Assembly: GCF_006345805.1 (NCBI RefSeq)
Contig: NC_043006.1
Coordinates: 100,068,001-100,132,000, forward strand
DNA length: 64,000 bases
Direction of reading: 5' to 3'
Source of the DNA: Octopus sinensis
Lineage: Eukaryota
The notes below the pieces were generated by a model. It saw nothing but the letters and a program-made list of their open reading frames with translations. It was not told the origin of the DNA and did not search any database. Of this stretch, positions 1 to 14,040 are shown piece after piece (the first letter of the stretch is position 1; every line of letters starts with the position of its first letter). The position numbers were made by a program, and so were the translations under genes.

Positions 1-959
1 GCAGAACTGCTACGTTTGTGTGTGTGTGTAGGCGCATTTCTAAGCGCATGTGTGTGTTGTGGTGGTTGTTGCTGTTTATATTGTTAAATATATACATGTC
101 TATTCTGCAAATAATACCATTTTGAAGAGGGTTCAAAGGTGAGACAGTGTTAGGGAAGAAAATTAAATATTCAATAAAACATCATTCCTAATTCTGCTAC
201 GGTTTGAAAGATGTAAATCAACAAGAAATTTCAATATTATATAAAATATGTATATCTGAGGATAATAATAATGTAAAGATTTTGGGTAAGTACTATTTGT
301 TTGCATACTTTTACTTAGGTACGAAGTCTCTGAGGCTGGTAGCAGGGAGGAGATTTTCCTCACAACAGAGAACACGAGAGTTTACTGCAGAAAAACGCCA
401 CTAAACCTGCGCAAGAACTATGTAATGATGGTAAACTTTGTAACGGCTTTAGTCTACCACCCAAATGGCCTATGACAGCGTTTTGAATTCAAATGGGAAA
501 TATTCGCAGGATCGAACTTCATTCAGAGGATGACCTGGCAAAGAAAGACAATGATATCTGGTCTTCTGCAATGAAAAAACGAGAGGATCCAAAAGCTCAG
601 CTTGGAAGCCATTAAACATTTTTCGATAACGCGAATGCCCCAGCTGAGATGTTCGTCATCATTTATTCCTTTATATCCGATAGTGTTGAAGGCTATGAGT
701 TTTTCTCTTTAACAAAAAGTGTTTTGTTGGTTGGGCTCTTCTTCATATGGCTGCCGTTGTTCGTCTCCGGCCATTGAATAAGAATTTCAAGACCAGGCTG
801 GATATTTGTTCGGTTTTCTATAACATTTTCTACCTTTAGAGACATCTGGCGTTATTTATTGCTCTTCAGTGGATTTCAGCCATAAAAATGTTTCGTTCTG
901 TTCAGTAGCAAATGTGTGATCCACTGCAGCAATTTTCCACAGGTATACAACATCTGCAA

Positions 960-1001
<42 letters not shown>

Positions 1002-1675
1002 TATTCCGAGATATTTTTTCTTTTGCCAAATAAACACATGCACCATATTATTTTTTTCTTCACTCGTTTGTAACTGTTATTTCATTATTTTAACGCCTGT
1101 CCTTTGTCCGGAAATCTTTCGTCACACACCCTGCCTGTGTGTGCTTTTGCTCAACTTATTCCATTCTGTTCTTCTCTGACGTATATCCTTATATTTTAGG
1201 ACAGGAGAAGCACAATGGTGAGGTTGGGGCTGAGGAGGTCACACTGCTGCTAAAAACTTTGACACACACACAAGCATACACATACTCACGCATGCATATA
1301 CATACACAAACAAGGACACAAACGAATGTGCACCTAAGGATACACATCTTAGAAGAACAGAATGGAGTAAGTGGAGTAAGAACACACACTGACGCGAAAA
1401 GTGTCGCTGAACAGGTCACAGAAATTTCTGGACAATGCACAGGCGTTAAAATAATAAAATAACAGCAATAAATGAATGAAGAAAAGAATATATATTATTT
1501 AGCAAAAAAAAAACACAAATTAAATAGATAAATAAAATGACCATACCGAAATGCAGCAATATCTCTTTCAACACATGATCTCAGATCAGGAACCTTGAAA
1601 AGGGAATTGATATATATGTATACACATATACGTAATTAGAGTGGTGCCTTCCTTCCCATATATATATATATGTAT

Positions 1676-1711
<36 letters not shown>

Positions 1712-2064
1712 TATGAGTTAGAGGTTATGCAATCGTCTAAGGGATAAATATATATGTGGGCACTATTGGTGCATTTCCTCACTATTATAGGCCTTGCTAT
1801 AAGATCAACAGCAAGTGGTAATTTCAATGGTAAAACCCTGGTTTAATATATTCAGATAAGAAAAGAAATGGAGCAAGTAACAATAAAAGTTGATAATTGG
1901 TATTAAGAGGTCATGTTTTCTTTTCCATTTCTTATATGTATGGGTGTGTGTGTGTGTGTGTATTTATACATACATACATGCATACATACATACATATATA
2001 TGTATATAGCTACTGCACGCATTTTTTTTCTCTCCTTCTTTCTATGTTTTTCTCTCTCTGTGTA

Positions 2065-2102
2065 TCTTTCTGTTGAAGAGCGTAGGCTCGAAACGTTAAA
2101 GA
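2065..2102 (+). ncRNA. Minimal hammerhead variant within a small repeat (~2030-2190) ending in (TA)n
   Basis: tcttt-CTGTTGA-a-gagc-gtag-gctc-GAA-acgt-t-aaaga. Related copies at ~33846-33882 and ~47977-48014. Confidence 0.55.
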
Positions 2103-2354
2103 CTTGTTTTATTTATATTTCCTGAGCGCCATACTAATACAATTGTTCGTTTGTTTTCCACCTGCCTTCGTCTTTTGTTTATTTTCATAAAGCTTCCCGT
2201 TATATATATATATATATATTTTATATTATATAGAGGGCATTGTTACACATAAATACCACACGCTAGGAGGGACTTTCAACGTCATTACTACCAAAAATAA
2301 ACGAATCGTACCGAATGCAGCTCTCGAAGCAAGGCATTTAAAGACAGAATTTAG

Positions 2355-2416
2355 TTCCAGATCACCTGTGATTTCGCAATTAACGTATTATCTACGTCTT
2401 TTGTTCATCAGTGAAA
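2355..2416 (-). ncRNA. Type I hammerhead motif
   Basis: tttca-CTGATGA-[caa..acgta gataa tacgt..ttg]-GAAA-tcacaggtga-TC-tggaa. Confidence 0.65.
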
Positions 2417-2427
2417 CACATTCAAAA

Positions 2428-2513
<86 letters not shown>

Positions 2514-3345
2514 AGTTCCAAGGATCGAGAAAGTTAGCGTCAACGAATCCGTAATTAATATAGAAAACAACATTCAGGGACAAAAGTGGTTTATTAAGAG
2601 AGAAGGTTGCAGATTATTTCGTATACTACTACGATAAAGCGGAAAAGCTTTTCTACTTTTCATGGTAGGTGACCAAGGTTACAGTCTATACGAATAATAA
2701 TGATCCGGGCTACATATCGTTCAATGCGAGCGGAACCTCGGAAGTGGTAAATAGCCAAACAAAGTGTATACCGCAGGCCTCGGGTAAGGCCAAGGGTATC
2801 CTGATTAAATGAAAGTTTACATTGTCGTTCGGATGTACATGTAACACATGCATGATTTGATCACAATATATATATATATTTATATATATCAATAAATGGC
2901 GGGGCTGTGTTGACCGCACGTGGAGAAATTATAGGAGGGGAAAAATTATAATAGGGCAGAATGCTAAATTGAAAGTAAATTTTGATACCAATGGGTGTAT
3001 GGAAAATTAAAATAATAATAATAAATCAAATCCGGTTTTCATCGCAAAGCAAATTTTTAAGATTTGAAAGGGGAAAATAATTTTTTAAAATTTAAGTTGT
3101 TTTTTTTAAATTGAGGAAAGGGAAAAAAGAAATTTACAATTTTTTTCGAAAAAATAATAAAAAACATATACAAAAATTAATAAATAAGTATACCGATACA
3201 TTGTAGAATCTTTATGCTTTTAGAGTTCACTAATAGACCTTGGAAAAATTTCTTTGGAGGATTAGGATCCATGTGATTAAACGTGGTGCTTAGTTTAAAG
3301 TGTTTGGTAAAAGAGTGTCAAAACAGGAAATGGGGTAGGAGTATA

Positions 3346-3403
<58 letters not shown>

Positions 3404-4173
3404 ATATATATAATATATATATATATACGTACACGAAGATAAGCTTGCTTTACAAAAACAATCTAATATGGTACTGACTGTACTAAAAATATTCAATGCA
3501 GTTTCAATTAAATGCTAGGTTGTTTTATATGTAACATGTCATAAAATCAAACATTAATATCTATATGTATGCATATTCAAGTGGCTATGCAGAATCTATA
3601 AAGGGTTGCAGTGACACACCGCTCTCGGTGCACACGTACCCAAAGCAAAAACAGCTGCACAATAATGAAAATGATTGCGTAATGTTGCTTTACCAATCAT
3701 TAACTCCCTCTCTCTTTCTCTCTATTTCTCTCACACTTCTTCTCTCTATCTTTCGCCCTCTCTCTCTCTCTCTGTATACATGCTCTCTCTCTCTGTATAC
3801 GTACGAATAGGTACGCTGGGTATGTGTTACAACGGATTATTAGGGCTTCAAGCTCGCAACCGAGACGCCGGCTACGGGAACATTTTAGGTCTCCAATGTA
3901 GCCGAAATATATTTGTGAAATAGGACAAAAAAAGCCAAGACATAACATGTATCTCAAGTCATATGTATTGTTATTCTTAAAATTATTTGAGCTCTTACAT
4001 CTGTTTCTGGGATATCTCAAGTGATAGGCGAGTATGCTTGAATACGCGATGTTTCATTAGCAGAGACAAATTTAAGAATAATAGTACATATAACTTGAGA
4101 TACTTGTTATGCCTTGGTGTTTTTGTCCTATTTCACACACGCACATAAGTATATACACACACATATACATACA

Positions 4174-4209
<36 letters not shown>

Positions 4210-5863
4210 TATATTCGTACTTCAAATAGATAGATAAATAAATGGCTAGAGACGTACATGTATAAATGCATACGTACAAAATAGCGCTAACAATATTAGA
4301 AATTCCAGGCGTTGAGGACCGTATAAAATGCTTTTGGGGCGATTTGTATTTCTTATTGCATAAATATGTCGACTCCTCTATCCTACGTTAATGACTGGTG
4401 TCTTCCTTCCCAAATACGAGACACATATTCTACCTACCAATGCAGCGTTATTCAATTCAGATATATATTTTACCATGTAAAATCTTTCTAGCACGAGCAT
4501 GGCTTAAATTGATCACAACATCATGACTAATACCCCATAATCAGTACTATGACACTTGTAGCTTATTTATAAACAACATAAATAATTTTCTCACGTTTCT
4601 TGGTCTTCGCATTGAAATCGGGATCTACTTCTGTGTTAGGAATAAAACCGTGGTGACCCGTCTATCGGTGAAATGAAACGGACACAAAATAAAAACACTA
4701 GGATGAAGGTCAGCCAAACTATTTCACAGCAAATCAGCTTCGACAGCAAGCGTCTTCCTATGTCGAAAATATGGCTATCGAAGATAGTAATTGCTTTCTA
4801 ACTCTTGTGATGCTTATCGATCATCTCCGAACACTGAGAACCGGCCAAAATCTGCCAAAAGAGAGATCGAAAATAATGTAAACATACCGCTGCCGCCATC
4901 ATTAAACTCTCATATATCTCTACATGTAACTGATTCTTTTCGAAATGCTCTGACGCTGAATATATTCAGGTTAGCATTTTGATATCACAGTTTCTAAAAG
5001 GAGTTTTTGCTGTTTTGTTTTCCCAAGCAATGGTTAAGCAGCAGGCTATTCTTTTACAAGAATTGAGAAAAATCCAACGGTTCTTAAATTAAAATTTATT
5101 GATGATTTAGTGATGTTGATGGATAACACATAGGATTGTGCGATGTTAATTACTGGGCAATTAATGCCATCATATACGTAGCTATCATTACTCCTAAATA
5201 ATATAGAGAAGAAACCTGCAGCGGATCTGATAAAGAAATTAGTACATGGAGTCAACTGAGATGGAAAAAAAACTTGAAGAATGTTGCATGGTTAACCACG
5301 TAATAAAATGTAAGGGTTTCAAACCTCAACAATTATATTTTATGCAAAAAAACTATACAAAAGACTACAGTGAATCTTCACGTGAATTTCTTTGAGGAAA
5401 TGTTGTTATTAATTGCACGAATTCATGACGCTCGGCGAAAATTTAGTTACACTGGAAAAAATTTCGAGGATCTCCGTATAATTTGCAAGTTTGCTTCTAA
5501 TCCACAGGTATTACAGAAGGAGATGAGGAAAGAAAACAGTACCGCCAAGAACACCCATTCTCTAAAATATCATGAGGCATTCTAATCTTGCATAATGAGA
5601 ATGCACTTAGAAATGACCTAATATTTGGAAACGTGTTCAACAGGTTGACACTCAACAGAAAATCAGTAATGCGTGTATCTAGAAGAACTATTTATCAATA
5701 GATAAACAAACCGAATTGTTGGCAGAAAACTAGTGACTCATCGCTTGCCTAAATATTATCCATAAGCTTTACACAAGATCCTTCAACGTACACTTCCAGG
5801 CTCAATGTGAGACCAGCAACACTGACTGAAGAACAGTCAGACGGAAGGAGGGAGTGTAGGGAT

Positions 5864-6480
5864 ATGCCGAACATTGTTCTGTCAGATGGCGGAAAATTCT
5901 GCTATATTTGTGGATGTTATACTTTACTTAAGTAGCGAAACAAAATCGCAAAATTTGTTAAGAAAGCTTATCTTTCTTACTTTGGCAGGAAACTGAGCCG
6001 GTACACCCCATATAGTGCGTAATTTATGTGCTGATAGATTGAAACTGTGATTGTTTCAAATAATTCAGTAGAAAGATTCCAGCTTAGACATGTGAGAGAA
6101 TTAAGGTTGGTGTGTTTGACGGACAACAGATTAGGTGGCTATTGCAGGGAGAACAGTTCTTGGAGACCATGAGTGGCGTTGAAAAAGAAGCATGAAATTG
6201 TTTTACTGCAATTATGTCTGGCCTCCTAAGGAGCAGGAAATAATAAAATTATGAAGAGATTGTGCATACCTAGTTAACCAGTTTTCGAGCACTAGGATGC
6301 AGCATGAGTATAAACGCGCATTTCCTGCTAATCATCTGGACTAGTTCACTGAAAACATACTACTATAAATTATGGGTAAGGAGAAATATTCTACCAATAC
6401 ATCGAAACCATAGAGTCTTAGTATGAAGGCAGGTGGAATGCAATCAAGATGGCTGACTACTACTGGCCTCTACAAACATT
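5864..6480 (+). pseudogene. Internally deleted Chapaev3-like (CMC) DNA transposase relic
   Basis: KFCYICGCYT, FVKKAYLSYFG, IKVGVFDGQQIR, FRALGCSMSINAHFL, YEGRWNAIKMADYYW in broken frames. Confidence 0.65.
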
Positions 6481-6719
6481 CTCTCATAATGCATAATATT
6501 CATGCAAAGCAGCAACTGAAATGTTCACTGTTTGAGTTGCTGAAATTCCAATTTCACAGAAATATCTAACCTAAGATATGTAATTAAAGACTTTGTGTAA
6601 TATACTTGTTAAACAAAAAAAAAAACGTACTATTTGATTTGCGTTAGCTTCTTATTTCAATATTGCATTTAAGGTCAAAATTAACATTTTAGAGTAATAT
6701 AGGAATTCCTCTTTAACAA

Positions 6720-8480
6720 AAATTTGACACGATAGAAAATTTCTGAGGCCATTTCTGAACTCAGCACCATCAAATTAGGTAAGGCCAATTGCAAACAGTA
6801 AGACAACAAATTGTTTTCGAAATTGTTCCCAGTGTTATCAATAAAATAAGAAAACCAGCTGACCAACCCAATTACTTACGGACAAAAATACAATTGTGCT
6901 TATTCAGAGTAAGATGTAGAAAAAAAACCTGGACATGTTAAAAGAAAGCTGACTGTAGTTCTGAAACCAACACGCCAATTTTAGTTTAAATCCAATGAGA
7001 AGGCAAACACAACTGAAATAATGTTCAAATTTATTCTCCTACAAAAATCCAGTGGCCTCACCTTAGGGTCTGCAACTGCATGAGATACAAATGTGATTCA
7101 TTTTTTTTTTCGCTTGGTTTTTGTGGACGGCTTGAAGAATTATTTCTAAAATTGTTTATAATGCCAAAAGCAAACTGAGTTAATTACCTTTCAGCTGATG
7201 CAGTAATGTAATTTAGCAAAGAAGAAATACGTTCATATTTGATTACTGAAATTGCAAAAATCAGTTCCCCAAACAAAGAAAAAGCTGTGCATCAGCGATT
7301 TTCCTATCACTACTCTTCCTCACAAGGTTTACTACAAAAACAAGCCATTGACGAAAACATGTACGGAGTTTCTGGGAATAAAGTTAAAGTGACCTGAGAA
7401 TATTTCACCAAACCTAATTAAAATAAATTCGTAGTGGAAATCTACCCTTTATCCCACAATTAATTTTAAACTCCAGCGTTGATGTCACCATCTCGGATAC
7501 TTGACTGGTCTGTAGAAGAAATCCACTGCATGGACATTAAAACCCGCAAGATGCTGATCTCAACTTGAATTGTGTTTAGAAATAGTGATATCAGTAAGCT
7601 CTACGTAAAAAGAGAGAAAGGAAGCAGAGTCTTGATATTTGTTCAAAGAGTTTTTGAGTGTTTTATGGCGCCTCTCAGACAGCACCCGTTGAGCAACAGC
7701 AGCAAAATTAAATATATAAATCTATTGCTAAAAAAGTGCAGCATACCTTCCGGCGGCAGTGACAAATGTTGATCTCCCATACAAATCCAAAGCAACGGGG
7801 CTAACATACATCAAAGATCTGGATGTGATATGCACATCATATCAAAATGGCCATGCACAGTTATGTTTACTGAAGACTTGACGATTGTGCTAATATCGAT
7901 AACATCGCTTGGACTTGGAATCTGTACCTTGCATCATACTTCGAAGTTTATGCATCTGCAGTCGAAGTGCACGGGATTGCTACAAAATACCTCACGAACA
8001 AAATACACAGAGAATTCCTTGGATCCTCAAGATGCAACCGAAACTATCGTAAACACATTTCTTTCGAACACAACATACATGTGATTAGGAGTTGCCCAAA
8101 GATGTCATCACGATACTACTTCCGAATTCAGTATGGCGTTTAAACTAAAACGATGTACAATGCTTCCGATAAAAGTGGGATTTATAAATTTAAAGAATCC
8201 CGTTGTTACTAAATACATGCATAAACACCAAATCAAGGAATATTGTTTGGTGATTTCCATGACAACGTTTACTAAGTGCAAGCATAACATGTCGGATATT
8301 GTTTTTTTTGGAATAGACGAGGAAAAGTATGTACCGCTAAAGTGATCATCTCTCTTGATGTGGATAATTATTCGAAAATCATTAAGAAATTGGGATAACT
8401 ACAGACCACTGCTTAGAAAACTCCAGCTCGTACGGCCAGACTTAAAACCCAAATGTATACCAAAAAAGTAATGCGTTGCA
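6720..8480 (+). pseudogene. Highly degenerate R4/Dong-clade non-LTR relic (RT end to restriction-like endonuclease)
   Basis: FVDGLK, ILDWSVEEIHCMDIKTRKML, NSDISKLYVKREKGSRVL, KHNMSDIV. Confidence 0.65.
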
Positions 8481-9219
8481 TTTCATATTGTAAGTAATTG
8501 CTAGAGTGATAATATGGGAAAGTGAGGGTTTTCAGAAAAGAAATTAAACAGTTAAAATGCACATTGCAAGTACAATCTGTTAGAAGAACAGTACAAATAT
8601 GCGTTACTGTGCTCAAGTTTGAAATGTTGCATTACTTTTGTTATCCACAATCTAAAGATGGAGCTTTGTATCTTTGTTAGGAACCAACATCTTCCTTCGA
8701 GGAAGACATCGAATGAACACAGAACATATACATTGTAACGATTTAGAGAGTGAGAAATATAGTTTTAAGTTTAACTATCTTAAATTTGAATGATATACAC
8801 ATCCTCAGCGTAGGTTTAGTCCATATTTAGCGTGCATATAACAATCGACTATTTATCTAACTGAAACAATGAACTGCTTTAATTAGAATCTCTTGTGCAT
8901 TGATTTCGTGAATAGATTTAAATAACATCGTGACCGAACCAATATTATCATGTTATGTTTTCATGGTATGTGCTATCATATCATGCGAATGGACACAGAC
9001 AGATTGCTCAGCCTAATAGCACTAATGTTGTAGCTGACCGTTTAAAGGATCATTAGTTTTAGAGAATATATAAACACGCATCAAGACTACAATTTGCCAT
9101 TGCTGAGGCAGATAGTAATTTGGGAATTGCTTCGTATGTGTCTAGATGTTTTTGTTGTTGTTTCGCTCCAGGTCAGCTCTGATTAACCAGACATAGTGCC
9201 AATATTTCTAGCAGTTTAA

Positions 9220-9440
9220 GGCGGCTAGCTGGCAGAACCGTTAGCACGCCTGGCCAAATGTTTAGGGGAATTTCGTCTTTCTTTACGGTCTGATGTCTAA
9301 TGCCACCGCGGTCAACTTTAGCTTTCATCCTTTCAGGGTCAATAAAATAAGTAGCAGCTGAGAACTGGGGTCGATTTAATCGACTTATACCCTCCCCGAA
9401 ATTGCTGGACTTATGCCAAAATTTGGAACCAGTATTTCCA
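9220..9440 (+). mobile_element. SINE family C
   Basis: ggcggctagctggcagaaccgttagcacg ... tttcatcctttcagggtcaataaaataagta. Confidence 0.8.
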
Positions 9441-9509
9441 GTAATAAACACCTAGTTATGGTTATAGGTATTGCAGTTTTCTTATATTATCTAATATATA
9501 ACATTCTTC

Positions 9510-9830
9510 GGAGGCGCAATGGCCCTGTGGTTAGGGCAGCGGACTCGCTATTGGAGGATCGCGGTTTCGATTCCCAGACCGGGCGTTGTGTGTGTTTATT
9601 GAGCGAAAACAATTAAAGTTCCACGATGCTCCGGCATGGGGTGGTGGCGACCACTGTTGTACTCTTTCGCTTCAAATTTCTCTCACTCTTTCTTCTTGTT
9701 TATTGAGTTACACTACGATGGACTGGCATCCCGTCCAGCTGGGGGGAACACATACGCTATAGAAACCGGGAAACCGGGCCCATGAGCCTGGCTAGGCTTG
9801 AAAAGGGCGCATAAATAAATAAAATAATAA
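9510..9830 (+). mobile_element. tRNA-derived SINE family B, 3' tail variant 1
   Basis: Head ggaggcgcaatggccctgtggttagggcagcggactcg..ggtttcgattcc. Tail has gatggactggcatcccgtccag and an A-rich end. Confidence 0.85.
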
Positions 9831-10556
9831 GTACCATTCCTCAAGTAGACGGTATGATGTAATTTAATCGTGATTTGGTTGGAATGTCCAGAAGACGGTG
9901 CCTCCATATGTAGACATCCTTTATTCATTCCAACGAAACGAGCTAATCAGATATTGTTGAAGAAAAATTATAAATAATAATTCAGTAATAAGGGAATCCA
10001 GGATCATCTAATGGTACTGTTGTGTAATTTGTGAGATTAAGAACCTGGTATAATTAATGCTAAAGCAAAAGCTATATTGGTTAAACAAAAACAGATGAGC
10101 TGTGATCATCCTTATCAGGCCATAAAGAAGATCGTAAAGTCATTGCTCAATTCATTTTTTTATAAGCAGACAGTTCATTGCAGTTCCAATCTTAGAAAAA
10201 AATATCAGAGCACATGAAGTTCACACCCAGAAAATGGGGGAAAAGAGAAGGATATGTCCTTCAGTATAAACGTCATCTTTGACAGAAAGTATAAAGAAGG
10301 AGGAGTAAACTCAAGTAGGAAAATCGACAAAATGAGCGTAATTCTATACAACCATCAGAGCATGCTGTAATTATTACAGTTGGTAAGGGGTCCATTTAGA
10401 AGGGGAACGACTATGAGACTGTCATATGAGTTCGTACGTGTGCATGTATTGTGCGCCTGTGTAATGTGTGCACGTGTATATACACACACAGACACATGTA
10501 TATACATATGTATGTATAAATATATATGTATCTCTCTCACTCTCTCTCTCTCTATG

Positions 10557-10601
<45 letters not shown>

Positions 10602-10659
10602 TTGTATGTGTGTGTGTGAGTATATGCAGACAGACAAGGACACGGGCAGTCATAAAGTG

Positions 10660-10985
10660 TAACGGCCCTTTCGTTCACGATTGACCATGGGATTGCACTT
10701 AAAAAGTTCCCCTCTAAGGCACAAGTCCGTGCAAGCTTCTTTGTAGAAGACCTGCAGTCGCCCCTATATATTAGTCTGCCCACTCCACACTAATGGTATT
10801 GTCCAAGGGAAAGGCAAATGCCGACACAGCTTGGCACCAGTGACGTCGCAACTCATTTCTACTGCTGAGTAAAGTGGAGCAACGTGAAAATTAAAGTACC
10901 TTTCTCAAAAACACAACACACAGCCCGGCCCGGATATCGAAATCACAACCACATGATAGTAAGCCCGACGACCTAACTACTGAGT
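10660..10985 (-). mobile_element. SINE family D (CORE-like central region)
   Basis: Reverse complement matches 32330-32648 and 53785-54115 (ttggcaccagtgacgtcgcaactcatttctac). Confidence 0.8.
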
Positions 10986-11020
10986 CAAGCGTTCGTATAC
11001 ATATATTTATATATGTATAT

Positions 11021-11280
11021 GATTTCAAGGACAGTCTCAAAGTCTCTCTCAAAGACTTCTCCATCGGCACAGAGACTTGGGAGACACTTGCTGCCGACCG
11101 CTCATCCTGGCCAGAGCCACCTGCAGCAATAGCACAGCCCCTACCCACTTCTGCCCCACCTGTGGGAGGGGCTTCCTTGCCCGGATAGGCCTCACCAGCC
11201 ACCTCCAGTCTCATAGCAGCAATTCCATCAAATGATGTCAATGGTCATCTTCGAACACGAAGGACGAACGAGAAGAAGAA

Positions 11281-11311
<31 letters not shown>

Positions 11312-11404
11312 AAGAAGAAGAAGAAGAAGAAGAAGAAGAAGAAGAAGAAGAAGAAGAAGAAGAAGAAGAAGAAGAAGAAGAAGAAGAAGAAGAAGAAGAA
11401 GAAG
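11021..11404 (+). mobile_element. RTE (BovB-like) LINE 3' fragment with (GAA)n tail
   Basis: FKDSLKVSLKDFSIGTETWETLAADRSSW and CPTCGRGFLARIGLTSHLQSH. Short 3' UTR then (GAA)n. Possible TSD atatatgtatat (11009-11020 and 11405-11416). Confidence 0.85.
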
Positions 11405-13861
11405 ATATATGTATATATATACGTGTCTGCGGGTGTATGAAGGACGCTAGAAATTGACTATTGTATGTATGAGAATAATTTTCTCTACTGTAAATTGCAA
11501 TGAAACGCTTTCCCATGTTCAAATTTTGCTCCGAACATATTTAAACAGATTCATTATTTTCTGCATCTACACCTACCCTAATATACATAGATACATCCGC
11601 ACACACACACACATGCAGAGATACATATGTGTATGTATGTATGTATTATGTATATATATATACACATATATATATATATATATTTCTTCAAAAACTATGC
11701 CACTGTATGAAAAAAATTTATAACATTCTTCTGACATAATGACTCAAATATATATTTTTTAACCTTCTGTAGTTTTTTCACTTTTCACTATTTTCTCTCT
11801 CTCTATATATATATAAATATATATGTATACATAAATTTATATAAATATGTATAAGATCGTTATTTAAATACTGATCTTATCAGGTGGCCAACATGGGAAT
11901 GAAAACCTTCAAAGGTAATAATTGTTATTAAAATTATGATTTAAGGTATCTTAGAAGTACCACCACGCTGGAAATAACAGCTAAAACTTGAGTGTAAATA
12001 TTAAACATTAAATATTCATGCAGCACCAGGAGAGAAGACAAAGGACAAAATAAGCTAGCAAAAAGATTACTGGATAATTCCAGATCCCGGATTTCAGCGT
12101 GGTGATATCTCTTAGATATCCTAAATTATAATATAGAATCTGTTCAAATATGTTCGGAACAAAATTTGAACATGCAAAAGCGTTTCGTTGCAGTTTGCAG
12201 TAGAGAAAATTATTCAGGTACGTAAAATTGTCAACCACTAGCACCTCCATAGACAGGTAGGCGCGTTTTGAACTATTTAATCCTCCTCAGTACCAGATAG
12301 AGAATGAGACAGCTCTCAGCTGACTTGAACATTTTGACTTGTTTGTTCAAAATCACAATGTTATTTACTGATCGTGCGAGTAGGTCACATCACTATGCAG
12401 ACTTGTTCCGGCCTGGTAAGATAGATACGCTCTTAGATGTATATGAGCGTTCCTGTATGGGGTGAGATGCGTTTGTTTGATTAGCTTCGTCAGACAATCT
12501 GACGAAGTTTATCGCCGCTGAAACTTTAAATTAATTGACGAGGATTTTATAAGAATATTTTACACGTTTGTTAAACGATTTAAAATGCCTTTCATATAAT
12601 TATCTGTGTATGACAATGTACAAAGTACACGCATTAACGCACACACATATATACAAACTCGCATACACACATACACACAGACATGTATACACACACACAT
12701 ATAATATATATATATATATATATATAGATATATATATATATATATATATACATGTTTGTGTGTGTGTGTGATTGTAGCCTTATACATAAGTATTTATATA
12801 TAAAAATGTGATTACATGTATTGAAGTATAGAAAAATATATATGCACATATAATCACACACATACACGGACACACACACCCGCACGCACACACACAAATG
12901 TAAGTATTCATATATGTATGTATGCATGTATATGCAAGCACTTTCTGATTTAGAATTTTGTTTCAAATTCAACAGACGTTTCCAGATATTGCATGGTTGG
13001 AACGTCGTGTGTTTAGCGGGAGTCCATATTTGGAGCGATAATAGGAAGTCATCATTTAACTGAGCTAATCATCTTCCTTACATATGGATGCGTAGATAGG
13101 GAAACTGGCAGGCTGATATATACGCGAATGTTAAATAACTGTGTTTATGTGTAAATTATTTAGTAAATGTGATTATACGCAGGTATTTTATGCTATGTGA
13201 ACAGAACCGTGTATGACTTATAAAGCAAAAACGCTAAAACAACAAGGCTGATTACATTTCGTAAACAAAAACGAAAAACTATTCTAAATATGCTTGTAAC
13301 AATGTAATTTGAGGAAGACTGGGAATAATGCATACTTGTTCAATCTACGTAGGTAGATGCATCAAAAACAAACTAGATTAATGCACATATAGGCAATGAC
13401 ATCTGCAGCAACTTGGATTGCAGTTAATGATGGTTATATTGTGCCCCACAACCATCATCACCACTGTTCTCAATATGTTCTCATCATCACCATCGCCCTG
13501 AACACTATCATAATCACCATAATTCTTTTCCACCACGAACCTTATCAATGTGTTGATGATGCGAATTATGATGATATTTATAATGATATTTATAATATGC
13601 TGGTAATATTTTCTTATCTTTACTTTTTGTCAATGAAATTAGCCCCGTTGCAACTGGTGTATGGCAGAGCAAGTATGGAGCCAAATTGTCTGCAATTCGC
13701 TATTGTTAGGAAGATCATGAATGCTCATTTGATATCTAATATATATACTGTAATGTTACATTTTGACATATCTTTCCTATAAACATTGTCTACTGGGCAT
13801 GTCCTTTGATGTGTATGTATACACACACACACACACACACACACATGTATATATGTATATA

Positions 13862-13901
<40 letters not shown>

Positions 13902-13911
13902 ACGCGCACAC

Positions 13912-13975
<64 letters not shown>

Positions 13976-13986
13976 ATGTGTGTGCG

Positions 13987-14040
<54 letters not shown>

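Noticed and set aside
9510-9590. SINE heads as genuine tRNA genes
   Set aside because: They have A and B boxes but run into SINE bodies, and the cloverleafs are imperfect.
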